Shown: positions 1-8,000 of the stretch, piece by piece
Numbering within the stretch: the first letter of the stretch is position 1
Layout: every line of letters starts with the position of its first letter
DNA from: a virus
Taxonomy: Duplodnaviria; Caudoviricetes
Strand: one strand, 5' to 3'
IMG/VR virus record: IMGVR_UViG_3300032269_001651
Span: 1 to 24,743 of that record
Length of the DNA stretch: 24,743 nt
Program-made: the position numbers and the translations under genes
Notes under the pieces: generated by a model
Told to the model about the DNA's origin: nothing
Databases searched by the model: none
Seen by the model: only the letters and a program-made list of their open reading frames with translations

Positions 1-18
1 CCAACTATCGGAGTATTT

Positions 19-459
19 ATGTCCAATGACACCCTCGTTAAATTCGCAACCTTCGGCCCCAATCGCGGGCTGACCCTGCAAATCGGCAATTTTCAATTCG
101 TGGACGGCATTTGCGAAGTGCCGAGCAACGAAGCATCGGCTGCGGCAAGCATTCTTTGCCGCTATCACGATGTTTGCCATGCTCACGATCTGGAGCAAAA
201 AATCGCGGAATACGATACCGCACACCAGAACCGCGCCGCCGCTGCGAGTTTTCCCCAAAAACATAAGAAGGCTGATGCTCCAAAGTCCGAGCAACAGCCA
301 GAAACACCGCATCAATCCGGCGAACAGCAACCATCGGATGACGCGCCGCAGGATGAGGCCGCGAAGCAAGCGGAAGCACCGCAAGGGGAAGGTGAACCGG
401 AACCCGAAGCCAAAAAGACCAACGGCAATGGGAAGAAACATTCCGGCAAGACCAACTGA
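19..459 (+). CDS. Hypothetical phage protein (folded N-terminal ~80 aa plus P/Q/E/A/K-rich disordered tail)
   Basis: GGAG SD at 10-13 before ATG; low-complexity C-terminus; lies upstream of the connector genes. Confidence 0.75.
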   Translation: MSNDTLVKFATFGPNRGLTLQIGNFQFVDGICEVPSNEASAAASILCRYHDVCHAHDLEQKIAEYDTAHQNRAAAASFPQKHKKADAPKSEQQPETPHQSGEQQPSDDAPQDEAAKQAEAPQGEGEPEPEAKKTNGNGKKHSGKTN

Positions 460-489
460 TCATAACCCTAAACCATAACGGAGGCAGTC

Positions 490-678
490 ATGCTGCAAGG
501 CTTCAAAACCATAATTTTCAACGTTGTTGCCCTCATCGCGGCATGGCTCGCCACCAATTACGGTATCGACCTCGCGCCGGACGAACAGGCGGCAATCGCC
601 GTCACCATCGTCACCGTGGGCAATATCATCCTGCGGATTTTTACCAAATCCGCAGTTTTTACCAAACACGACCAATGA
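490..678 (+). CDS. Small two-TM membrane protein, holin-like
   Basis: GGAGG SD at 480-484; 62 aa with two hydrophobic segments (IIFNVVALIAAWLA; AAIAVTIVTVGNIILRIF) and an LRIFTK-type basic C-terminal motif seen in small phage holins. Confidence 0.7.
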   Translation: MLQGFKTIIFNVVALIAAWLATNYGIDLAPDEQAAIAVTIVTVGNIILRIFTKSAVFTKHDQ

Positions 679-686
679 GGAATCCC

Positions 687-1037
687 ATGAAAACCATCTT
701 TGCTTTTACGCTCATTGCCCTGCTTACCGCCTGTAATGCGGTGCAAGGCGATACCCCGCTGCAACGCTATTACGGCCTGCAAACGGACTACCGCACTATC
801 CAAAAAGTGGCGGTGACCTACAAAACCGGGTGCGCCAACACCGCGCCGGAGAATCCTTGCCACAAGGATGTGACCAACATTCAGGCCATCTCGCGCCGGG
901 TGCAAGGCATGTTCGATGCGGCGGAAACTGCGCGGCAGATCGGCATCAATGCTGATTTCGCCGCCAGCGTTGCCATCGCAAGCACGGCGCTTGGCGAACT
1001 CTCAACCTATCTGCAACATACTTCGGAGGTGAAATAA
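687..1037 (+). CDS. Phage lipoprotein (116 aa), possible spanin-like or exclusion protein
   Basis: Start reassigned from 543 to ATG 687 (GAGG SD at 677-680). MKTIFAFTLIALLTAC is a signal peptide II with lipobox LTAC; two further Cys follow. Confidence 0.75.
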   Translation: MKTIFAFTLIALLTACNAVQGDTPLQRYYGLQTDYRTIQKVAVTYKTGCANTAPENPCHKDVTNIQAISRRVQGMFDAAETARQIGINADFAASVAIASTALGELSTYLQHTSEVK

Positions 1038-1043
1038 CCCGTT

Positions 1044-1259
1044 ATGGCATTATCCCCAAAACAGACAGAGCTTTTTCTTGAGCTGCTTGACCGCGTGGTG
1101 CTGCTTTTGCCAGCATTGCCGGAAATCAAGGCTGCATTCACGGACACTAACAGCTTATTCAAAACGCTGCTGAAAGAAGGCCGTGATCCAAGCGACGAAG
1201 AACTGAACGCCATCCGCGATGAGAATCAAGCGCTCTACGAACAGCTCCAATCGTCTTAA
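1044..1259 (+). CDS. Hypothetical helical phage protein (71 aa)
   Basis: GGAGGTG upstream (1025-1031); amphipathic N-terminal helix; EGRDPSDEE motif; coiled-coil-like end. Confidence 0.7.
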   Translation: MALSPKQTELFLELLDRVVLLLPALPEIKAAFTDTNSLFKTLLKEGRDPSDEELNAIRDENQALYEQLQSS

Positions 1260-1286
1260 CCTTTCTACCAACTCCCTGACTTGTGC

Positions 1287-1321
1287 GCCCTGGCTTTCCC
1301 CAAGCTGGGGCACAGTTTTTT
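1287..1321 (+). terminator. Putative intrinsic terminator
   Basis: GCCCTGGCTT-TCCCC-AAGCTGGGGC stem (two G-U pairs) followed by ACAG-TTTTTT. Confidence 0.5.
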
Positions 1322-1346
1322 AGGAACTAACCCAAGGACAAAAAGC

Positions 1347-1844
1347 ATGGCTCTAGTCGTCGAAGATGGAACCGGCATTAATAACGCCAACGCCTATATC
1401 TCGGTAGCCGGTGCCGATGCGTATTTTACTGCGCGGAATAATACAGTTTGGGCAGCGCGTACCACTGCCGATAAGGAAAAAAGCATCCTCTATGCCACCT
1501 CATTTCTGGACGGGCAGTTTTACTGGTACGGCCATATCTCAAAAACCGACCAAGCCTTAGGCTGGCCGCGCATCCTTGTCTATGACACGGAAGGCCGATC
1601 CCTCGCCAGCAACATCGTGCCGCAGCGCATTAAGGATGCCACCTGTGAGCTGGCCTTAGAGGGGCTTGATAAACCGCTCTCTCCATCATTGGCGCGAGGC
1701 GGAGCGGTGAAACGGCAAAAGGTTTCCTCACTGGAAATTGAGTATTTCGAGCGTGCAGGTTCGGAACGCACATTCCCTATCGTCCGACAAATTCTGCGCG
1801 GACTCTACAAAGATTCACCCACAGCGGAGTTATTCAGAGCATGA
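1347..1844 (+). CDS. Head-tail connector/adaptor ('DnaT-like' phage family)
   Basis: Start reassigned to ATG 1347 (AAGGA SD). Characteristic motifs MALVVEDGTG..NANAYISVA.ADAYF, QAL.WPR, VP.RIK.A.CELAL and KV.SLEIEY. Confidence 0.85.
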   Translation: MALVVEDGTGINNANAYISVAGADAYFTARNNTVWAARTTADKEKSILYATSFLDGQFYWYGHISKTDQALGWPRILVYDTEGRSLASNIVPQRIKDATCELALEGLDKPLSPSLARGGAVKRQKVSSLEIEYFERAGSERTFPIVRQILRGLYKDSPTAELFRA

Positions 1845-2200
1845 GTTTTGAAACCGACTTTTTAGGCTTTGCCAAAGACAGTATCGAAACCTACGGCGCG
1901 GCCGTAACGTTCCGCAAGGCTGGTACAGATACCTACGACACCACCACCGGCAATGTTACCCAGCCAACCACGGATTACGATATCCGCGCGCTGATCGAGG
2001 ATTACTCGGAATTTCATATCAGCGAAGGGCTGGTGAAAGCCGGTGACCGCCGCCTGATTATCGCCGCTGCCAGCCTGTCCGTCATTCCGGCGCCGGGTGA
2101 TTATATTCTCCACATTGGACAAACCTACCTCGTTATCGCCGTGCATAGCGAATATGCCTCCGACACACCCATCATCCATACTTTGCAAATCCGTAACTAG
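1841..2200 (+). CDS. Head closure/head-tail joining protein
   Basis: ATGA overlap with the previous gene; YD..TG and L.K.GDRRL...P..GD motifs; position in the neck module. Confidence 0.75.
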   Translation: MSFETDFLGFAKDSIETYGAAVTFRKAGTDTYDTTTGNVTQPTTDYDIRALIEDYSEFHISEGLVKAGDRRLIIAAASLSVIPAPGDYILHIGQTYLVIAVHSEYASDTPIIHTLQIRN

Positions 2201-2202
2201 CC

Positions 2203-2610
2203 ATGCCGAGTAACATCAACGATTTCGATAAAGACCTGCGCGTGTTCGCACAAATCAAAGTGCCTGACGATCACAGCAGCATGGTTAAGAAAGTGGCGTT
2301 GCAGGCATTGAGCGGCGTGGTTAATAAAACGCCTGTCGATACTGGCCGCGCGCGCAGTAACTGGATGACCGCAGTGAATGCCGTGCCATCCGATACCATC
2401 GAATTAAGCGCCAACCTCTCGCGTGAGCAGGCGGCGGCAGAATCTATCAATCGCGGCGTTGCGGTGATTGATGAAGCCAAGCCGTTTTCCTCCATCAGCA
2501 TCGCCAATAACCTGCCGTATATCGGCGTGCTGGAATATGGCGGTAGCAACCAAGCGCCGGAGGGGATGGTGCGCACAACCCTTGCTGAAATTGAAGCTGC
2601 TTTCAAATGA
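2203..2610 (+). CDS. HK97 gp10-like neck/tail-completion protein
   Basis: TPVDTGRARSNW and NNLPYI..LEYG.S.QAPEGMV signature motifs. Confidence 0.85.
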   Translation: MPSNINDFDKDLRVFAQIKVPDDHSSMVKKVALQALSGVVNKTPVDTGRARSNWMTAVNAVPSDTIELSANLSREQAAAESINRGVAVIDEAKPFSSISIANNLPYIGVLEYGGSNQAPEGMVRTTLAEIEAAFK

Positions 2611-3008
2611 GCTACGACACACAACGTAACGCTATCCAGACCCGCTTTCAGACACAATGGCAGGCTGCATATCCAGCCATTCCGATTGTTTTTGACAATC
2701 TGCGGGCTGATAAAGCACCAAACGGCTATGTGGCGCTGCATATCTTAAACGGTGCATCCGCCCTGCGCGGCCTGGGTGCGCAGCGGCTGTTTCGCTATCC
2801 TGGTGTCATCAGCGTGGATATTTTCCTCCCCGCTGAAAAAGGCACAAAACTTCTCGACCAGTATGCCGACACGATTGAAGGCATTTTTAGGGCGGTGAGT
2901 TTTAGCGGCATCCTGTGCCGTTCCGTCGATCGGCGGGATTTAGGCAAGCAGGATAATTTCTGGCGGGTGAATGTTTCATTTCCCTTTACCCGCGACGAGC
3001 TGCACTAA
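2607..3008 (+). CDS. Tail terminator protein
   Basis: ATGA overlap; size; position before the tail tube; G.I.VDIF.P...G and W.VNVS.PF motifs. Confidence 0.75.
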   Translation: MSYDTQRNAIQTRFQTQWQAAYPAIPIVFDNLRADKAPNGYVALHILNGASALRGLGAQRLFRYPGVISVDIFLPAEKGTKLLDQYADTIEGIFRAVSFSGILCRSVDRRDLGKQDNFWRVNVSFPFTRDELH

Positions 3009-3032
3009 CCGGACTGAACCACCAACCCCATC

Positions 3033-3066
3033 AAAGCTGCATCCCGCAAGGGGCGCGGCTTTTTTG
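3033..3066 (+). terminator. Intrinsic terminator-like hairpin upstream of the tail tube gene
   Basis: AAAGCTGCATCCC-GCAA-GGGGCGCGGCTTT stem with a GNRA tetraloop, followed by a T-run. Confidence 0.65.
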
Positions 3067-3098
3067 TTGCTTAACCTTTAACCTAATGGAGAATCCCT

Positions 3099-4268
3099 AT
3101 GGCTATATCCGATACCGCCCGTTCCCAGCTTTACTATCTCGAAGAAGTAACCTGGGGAACCACGCCCGCATTGCCGCTCAAGGCGATGCGCTATACCGGC
3201 GAAACACTGAATTTCGGCATCGATACTACGCAATCGAAAGAAATTCGTGCTGATAGGCAGATTACTGACCTCATCCGCACCGATGCGTCCCCAGAGGGTA
3301 ACGTCAATTTTGAGGTATCCTATGGCGCGCCGGATGACCTGTTGGCAGGTGCGTTCTTCAACGCCTGGCAAACACTCATCAACTTAACCGCCGCTACCTA
3401 TGCCGCCGCCAGCGGTTCGCCGGACAGCTTTACCGATTCTGGTAACGGCTTCGTCACGGCGGGGCTAAAGGCAGGCCAGTGGATAAAAACCTCCGGCTTT
3501 ACCAATGCCAATAACAACGGCTTCTTCCAAATCTTGACCGTTGCCGCCGGCACGATCACGGTGAAAGGCGAAACGGCACTGGTGACTGAAATTGCCGGAG
3601 CCGGTCACGTTATCAAAGCCGCAACTTTGCGAAACGGCACGACACTCAAAAGTTTCTCGATGGAAGTGGTGTTTGCCGATGTGACGAAGTTCAAATCCTT
3701 CACCGGCATGCGCGTCAATACGCTTGCGCTCAACCTAACGGTAGGCGAAATCCTGACCGGCGTGCTGGGGCTGATGGGTAAAGGCATGGTGCTTGGCAAC
3801 ACGACCATCGGTACGGGCGGGCCTACGGCTGCTCCGACCAATGACGTGCTGAACGCCGTGACCAACGTGCCGTTTATCATGGAAGGCGGTGCGTTGTTTG
3901 CCGGGAAGCTCAAGGATTTTTCTATCAACCTCAACAATAACCTGCGCCAACAAAAGGCAGTTGGCACGCTTGGCAATGTCGGCATCGGCACTGGCCGGGC
4001 TGTCGTCACCGGAAAGCTAACCGCTTATTTCGAAGGCGCGGCCAATGATTTCTACTCCAAGTATCTGGTCGGTACGGAAACCTCGCTTTCTTTCCGCATC
4101 AGTGATGCCGCAGGCAATCCCTACATTCTGACGCTACCCCGTGTGAAGCTCACCAAAGGCGAGCTGACCGCAGGCGCGGCCGATCAGGATGTAATGGCAA
4201 GCATCGACTTCCAAGCGCTTCGCCATCCTACCTACGACATGACGATCCAGCTGGACCGCTTCATATAA
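3099..4268 (+). CDS. Major tail tube protein (with inserted beta-rich domain)
   Basis: GGAG SD; motifs E.TWGTTP, R.TGETL, S.EIRADRQ, F.GMRVN.L.L, VTG.LTAYF and Y.L.LPRVK of the ~390-aa tail tube family. Confidence 0.88.
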   Translation: MAISDTARSQLYYLEEVTWGTTPALPLKAMRYTGETLNFGIDTTQSKEIRADRQITDLIRTDASPEGNVNFEVSYGAPDDLLAGAFFNAWQTLINLTAATYAAASGSPDSFTDSGNGFVTAGLKAGQWIKTSGFTNANNNGFFQILTVAAGTITVKGETALVTEIAGAGHVIKAATLRNGTTLKSFSMEVVFADVTKFKSFTGMRVNTLALNLTVGEILTGVLGLMGKGMVLGNTTIGTGGPTAAPTNDVLNAVTNVPFIMEGGALFAGKLKDFSINLNNNLRQQKAVGTLGNVGIGTGRAVVTGKLTAYFEGAANDFYSKYLVGTETSLSFRISDAAGNPYILTLPRVKLTKGELTAGAADQDVMASIDFQALRHPTYDMTIQLDRFI

Positions 4269-4316
4269 GCGAACCGGCACTGCTGGCACTTTTTTAACTT
4301 TTACAGGAGAATAATA

Positions 4317-4784
4317 ATGACTGATATCCGCAAGCTCTACGCCACCAACGTCAATAAGGAAACCGATGGTGCATGGTCGCAGGATCTGGGCGACGGCATG
4401 CGCCTTAAAGTGGCGCGGCTGAAAAATCCCAATTTCCGCAAGCTCTACCAGCGCCTGACCAAGCCTTACGAGCGGCAAATCCGCAACCGCACGCTCGACG
4501 ATGCCACCGAAAATTCCATCCTCGCGCAATGCCTCGCCAAAACGGTATTGCTCGGCTGGGAAAAGCTGGTGCTCGACGGCGAAGAATTGCCCTACAGCAC
4601 GGATGCCGCGCTGAAAATCCTGAAAGACGATGGGCTGGCGGATTTCCGTGATCTGGTAGTGGACCTTGCCAGCGATGCCGAGCTGTTCCGTGAGGAGCAT
4701 CTGGAGCAAGCGGAAAAAAACTTGTCAGCTGGGTCGAGTGGAACGTCGAATGGGGAGAGCACCTCAAATTCTTCCGACGCTTAG
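4317..4784 (+). CDS. Tail assembly chaperone gpG-like (155 aa)
   Basis: AGGAG SD; lies between tube and TMP; E.DG.W, LKVAR..N..F and L.GW motifs; ends EKNL followed by an S/G-rich tail. Confidence 0.85.
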   Translation: MTDIRKLYATNVNKETDGAWSQDLGDGMRLKVARLKNPNFRKLYQRLTKPYERQIRNRTLDDATENSILAQCLAKTVLLGWEKLVLDGEELPYSTDAALKILKDDGLADFRDLVVDLASDAELFREEHLEQAEKNLSAGSSGTSNGESTSNSSDA

Positions 4785-5053
4785 AGGAACAGGAAGGGAT
4801 AACACCTGCGGCACTTGCTAAAGAGCCGGAGGTGTTTCCCGACCTATTCGATATACGCGAGGCGTTTACCGTCCTGTCATCCAGTAGGTCAGCAGGCTTC
4901 GGCGTAGGCTGTATCCCGCTTACCGAAATCGAATCCTATATCCGCCTCTATGAGGCGGAGGATATCGACCGCTTTATCCAGCTCATTCGCGCCATGGATG
5001 GGGCTTTTGTCCAAAAAGTCAACCAGCGCAACGAACGTAAACTGAAAACTTAA
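4317..5053 (+). CDS. gpGT-like frameshift fusion chaperone (~245 aa)
   Basis: -1 frame reads KLVSWVEWNVEWGEHLKFFRRLEEQEGITPAALAKEPEVFPDLF...LSSSRSAGFGVGCIPLTEIESY...IRAMD, which resembles the gpT portion of siphovirus chaperones. Confidence 0.8.
4715..4721 (+). other. Programmed -1 ribosomal frameshift slippery heptamer A AAA AAC
   Basis: In-frame GAA AAA AAC; the -1 frame stays open from here to TAA 5053 and includes ORF 4832..5053. Confidence 0.85.
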
Positions 5054-5076
5054 ATGTCAACCAAAGTGTAGCACCC

Positions 5077-8000
5077 GTGGAAAGCAGACTCGTCGTCACT
5101 ATCGATGGACGCGGCGCCCAAGCGGGTGCGCGAGACACCAATAATGCCATCGATAGCGTGCGCAAAAACGCGCGCGATATGACGCAACAGCTGGAAAACA
5201 GCTTTAATAATTTGAAGCAAAGCCTGTTTTCCGTGGGCGGCGCTATCGCCGGTATCGGCATCGGTGATTTCGTGCGCCGTGCCATTGGCTCTTTCGTTGA
5301 GTTTGAACGCGGGCTGGCGAATATCAGCAAGACCACGGACATCACCGGGCAGGCATTGCAGGATTTAGGCGGTCAGATCATCGACATGAGCAAGCGCATT
5401 CCGGTAGCGCGCGACCAGCTGGTGAATATCGCCGCCGCCGCAGGCCAGCTTGGTGTCGAAGGTAGCGCCAATATCCTCAAATTCACCGAAACCATCGCCA
5501 AGCTGCAATTTGCCAGCAACCTTTCTGGCGAGGAGGGCGCAACCATTCTGGCGCGGGTGCTTAACGTATCGGGTGAAGATATCAGCACGGTCGATCGGCT
5601 GGCATCGAGCATCGTGTATCTCGGTAGGTCATCTGCGGCGACGGAATCGGAAATCGCGCACATGGTCATCGAGCTGTCCAAAGGCACGGCGCAATTCAAG
5701 ATTGCCAGTGCCAACCTCGTAGGCCTCGGCACGACACTGCGCGAATTCGGCCAGCAGCCGGAATTGGCGCGCTCGTCGATCCTTCGTACCTTCCTTGAAC
5801 TCAAAAGCGCCATCGATAGCGGCGGCGGCAAACTTAAAGAATTGAGCCTGCTTACCGGCATGACCGGCGAACAATTCAAAAAAACATTCCAACAAGATGC
5901 GTTTGGCGCGTTCCTGGTATTCATCGGTGGCCTGAAAAGCGTCATCGAGCAAGGCGGCAACGCTGAAAAAGTGCTTGCAGGACTTGGCTTGAACGGTACG
6001 GAAATCAATGCGGTATTGCCGCTGCTCGCGGTCAATTACGACAAATTGCGCCAGCGCGTGAGTGAGGCAAACAAAGCCTATCAGGATAATACCGACCTCA
6101 ACAACGTCGCACAAAAAGCCTTCGACACCACGGCAGGAAAAATCCAGTTACTGAAAAACGCCTTTAACGAATTCCTGCGAAAAATCGGTGAGGAAGCCGC
6201 CCCTGCCTTTAACCAGCTACTTGATAAGCTGATTATATTCGCCAACTCGGATGCGGCACTCGTCTTTGGCAAAGCATTAGCGGCAGTGCTACAACTCATT
6301 GCTGATAATGCCGGATTGCTTGGCATAGCCCTGGGCTTGATTGCCGTTAATCGTACCATCAGTTTTTTCTCGCTTCTCAGCACCGTCGGTCTGAGCACGG
6401 CGCGCGCGCTGCGCGCTGGTACGATTGAAGCCGTTGCCAACGCCACCGGCATGGCGGAAGCCTCGCGCTCGGCTAATCTCTACATGATAACCGGCGAAAA
6501 AATAGCATCCTCCACCGGCAAAGCGTCAATTGCTACCAAAGTGGCGGCGGCTGGAATCTACCTTTTTAACAGCGCGCTTTCGCTCATCGGTATTAACGGG
6601 CCAGCCGTCGTTACCACCCTTACCAACATGGGTACGGCCATATATGGGTTTATCGCTCGACTGGCAGCAACCGAGGCAGTCAGCGCCGCCGCTGCTATCG
6701 GCATGGAAGGTTTGTCTGTAGCCGTTGGCGCGCTGGGCATTGCCTTTGATATTCTGCTGGGGCCGATCGGCCTGGTTATCCTCGCCATTACCGCCATCAT
6801 CGCGGTATTCGAGCTCTATAAAGATACCATCGTGAATATCGGGCCGCTCAATACCAGTGTCGGCAATATCGTGCAGGCTACCTGGAATGTCGTATCGCAG
6901 CGCGTCGGTGATAGCCTGTCCCAAATCGGGAATTTCATCAAAAATGGCCTAAATAGTGCAATAAATGCAGCAGAAAGTGCATTTTCTGGCCTATCTGATG
7001 CCGTAAGCAATGTATGGGAGGCCATTAAAGATGCCGCCAGCAACGCCTTTGATGCAGTGGGTGAAGCTGTTGGCAATGCGGCAAGTAGCGTGCTGGATTA
7101 TTTTGGCGGCTTGCTGGAGCCGGTTGCCTCTGTGTTCTCCGGCATTTACGATGCCATCAGCACCGCCATCAAAGCAGCGGCGGAATATATCGCAGAAGCG
7201 GTGAACGCCATCACCGGCATTTTCCAAAGTATGTATGATGCGGTAGCGGGTGTTTTCCAGAACCTCAAAAACACCATCGTCGATACGTTCAGTGGCGTCA
7301 TCGATTATTTCCGTGGGCTGGTGGATGATATTGTGGGCGAAGCCAATCGCCTGCAGCGTGAAACCGATAAAGCCAAATCCGGCAGTACAGACAAAGCCGC
7401 CGATAGTGCCGCACCATCACCAGCAACCAGCACCGCGCCGCCAAAAATACCCGTGCCGAAAGTCGATCTGAATGCGCTTAACCAGCTTACCAACAAAGCC
7501 GGAAAAGGAACTGGCAGCCGGAAATCGCTGGAAGATGACCTAAAAAAACTGCGGAATAATTCAGATGATAAGCTGGCCGATTCTGGGCTGGATGAGCTGG
7601 GAAAACGGCTAAACGATGTCGATCAGGCTATCCGCGATACGGTAGGTGGCTACGACAAACTGACAGCCGCACAGCGTCAAAATGTTGCCGATACCAAAGC
7701 GCAGATAGCGACGGATTTCCAGATGGAGCAATCGCGCCGGGAAATCAAAAAACTCATCGAAGACACGCTGACACCACAGGAAAAATACAACAAAGCCATC
7801 GATGAGCTTAATAAACTACAGCCGCAAACCGCCCAAGGCTTTGAAGCCATCCGGCGCAAGGCGGAAGAACTGCGTAAAGAATTGGAAGCGCAAGACCCGG
7901 TGCTCAAAGAAAACAAGCGCCTGACCGAGCAATTCAATAACGATTTCGAGGGCGCATTCAAAAACGGCCTGCAAAGCGTATTCACCAAAGGCAAAGCCGG

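Noticed and set aside
543-686. N-terminal extension of the ORF-track call 543..1037
   Set aside because: Overlaps the holin-like gene out of frame and has an R/H-rich non-protein-like composition; ATG 687 has an SD and gives a clean lipoprotein signal.
1281-1346. TTG start extension of the connector gene
   Set aside because: Runs through a terminator-like hairpin; the family N-terminus MALVVEDGTG begins at ATG 1347 with an SD.
3071-3086. TTAACC-TTTAACC and other intergenic TAACC motifs as CtrA boxes (CtrA regulates GTAs)
   Set aside because: Spacing does not fit TTAA-N7-TTAA; most copies are simply stop codons or A/C-rich leaders before SD sites.
4832-5053. Stand-alone 73-aa gene
   Set aside because: Better explained as the -1 frame part of gpGT because the frame is open back to the slippery site; a GGAG directly before the GTG is too close to act as an SD.
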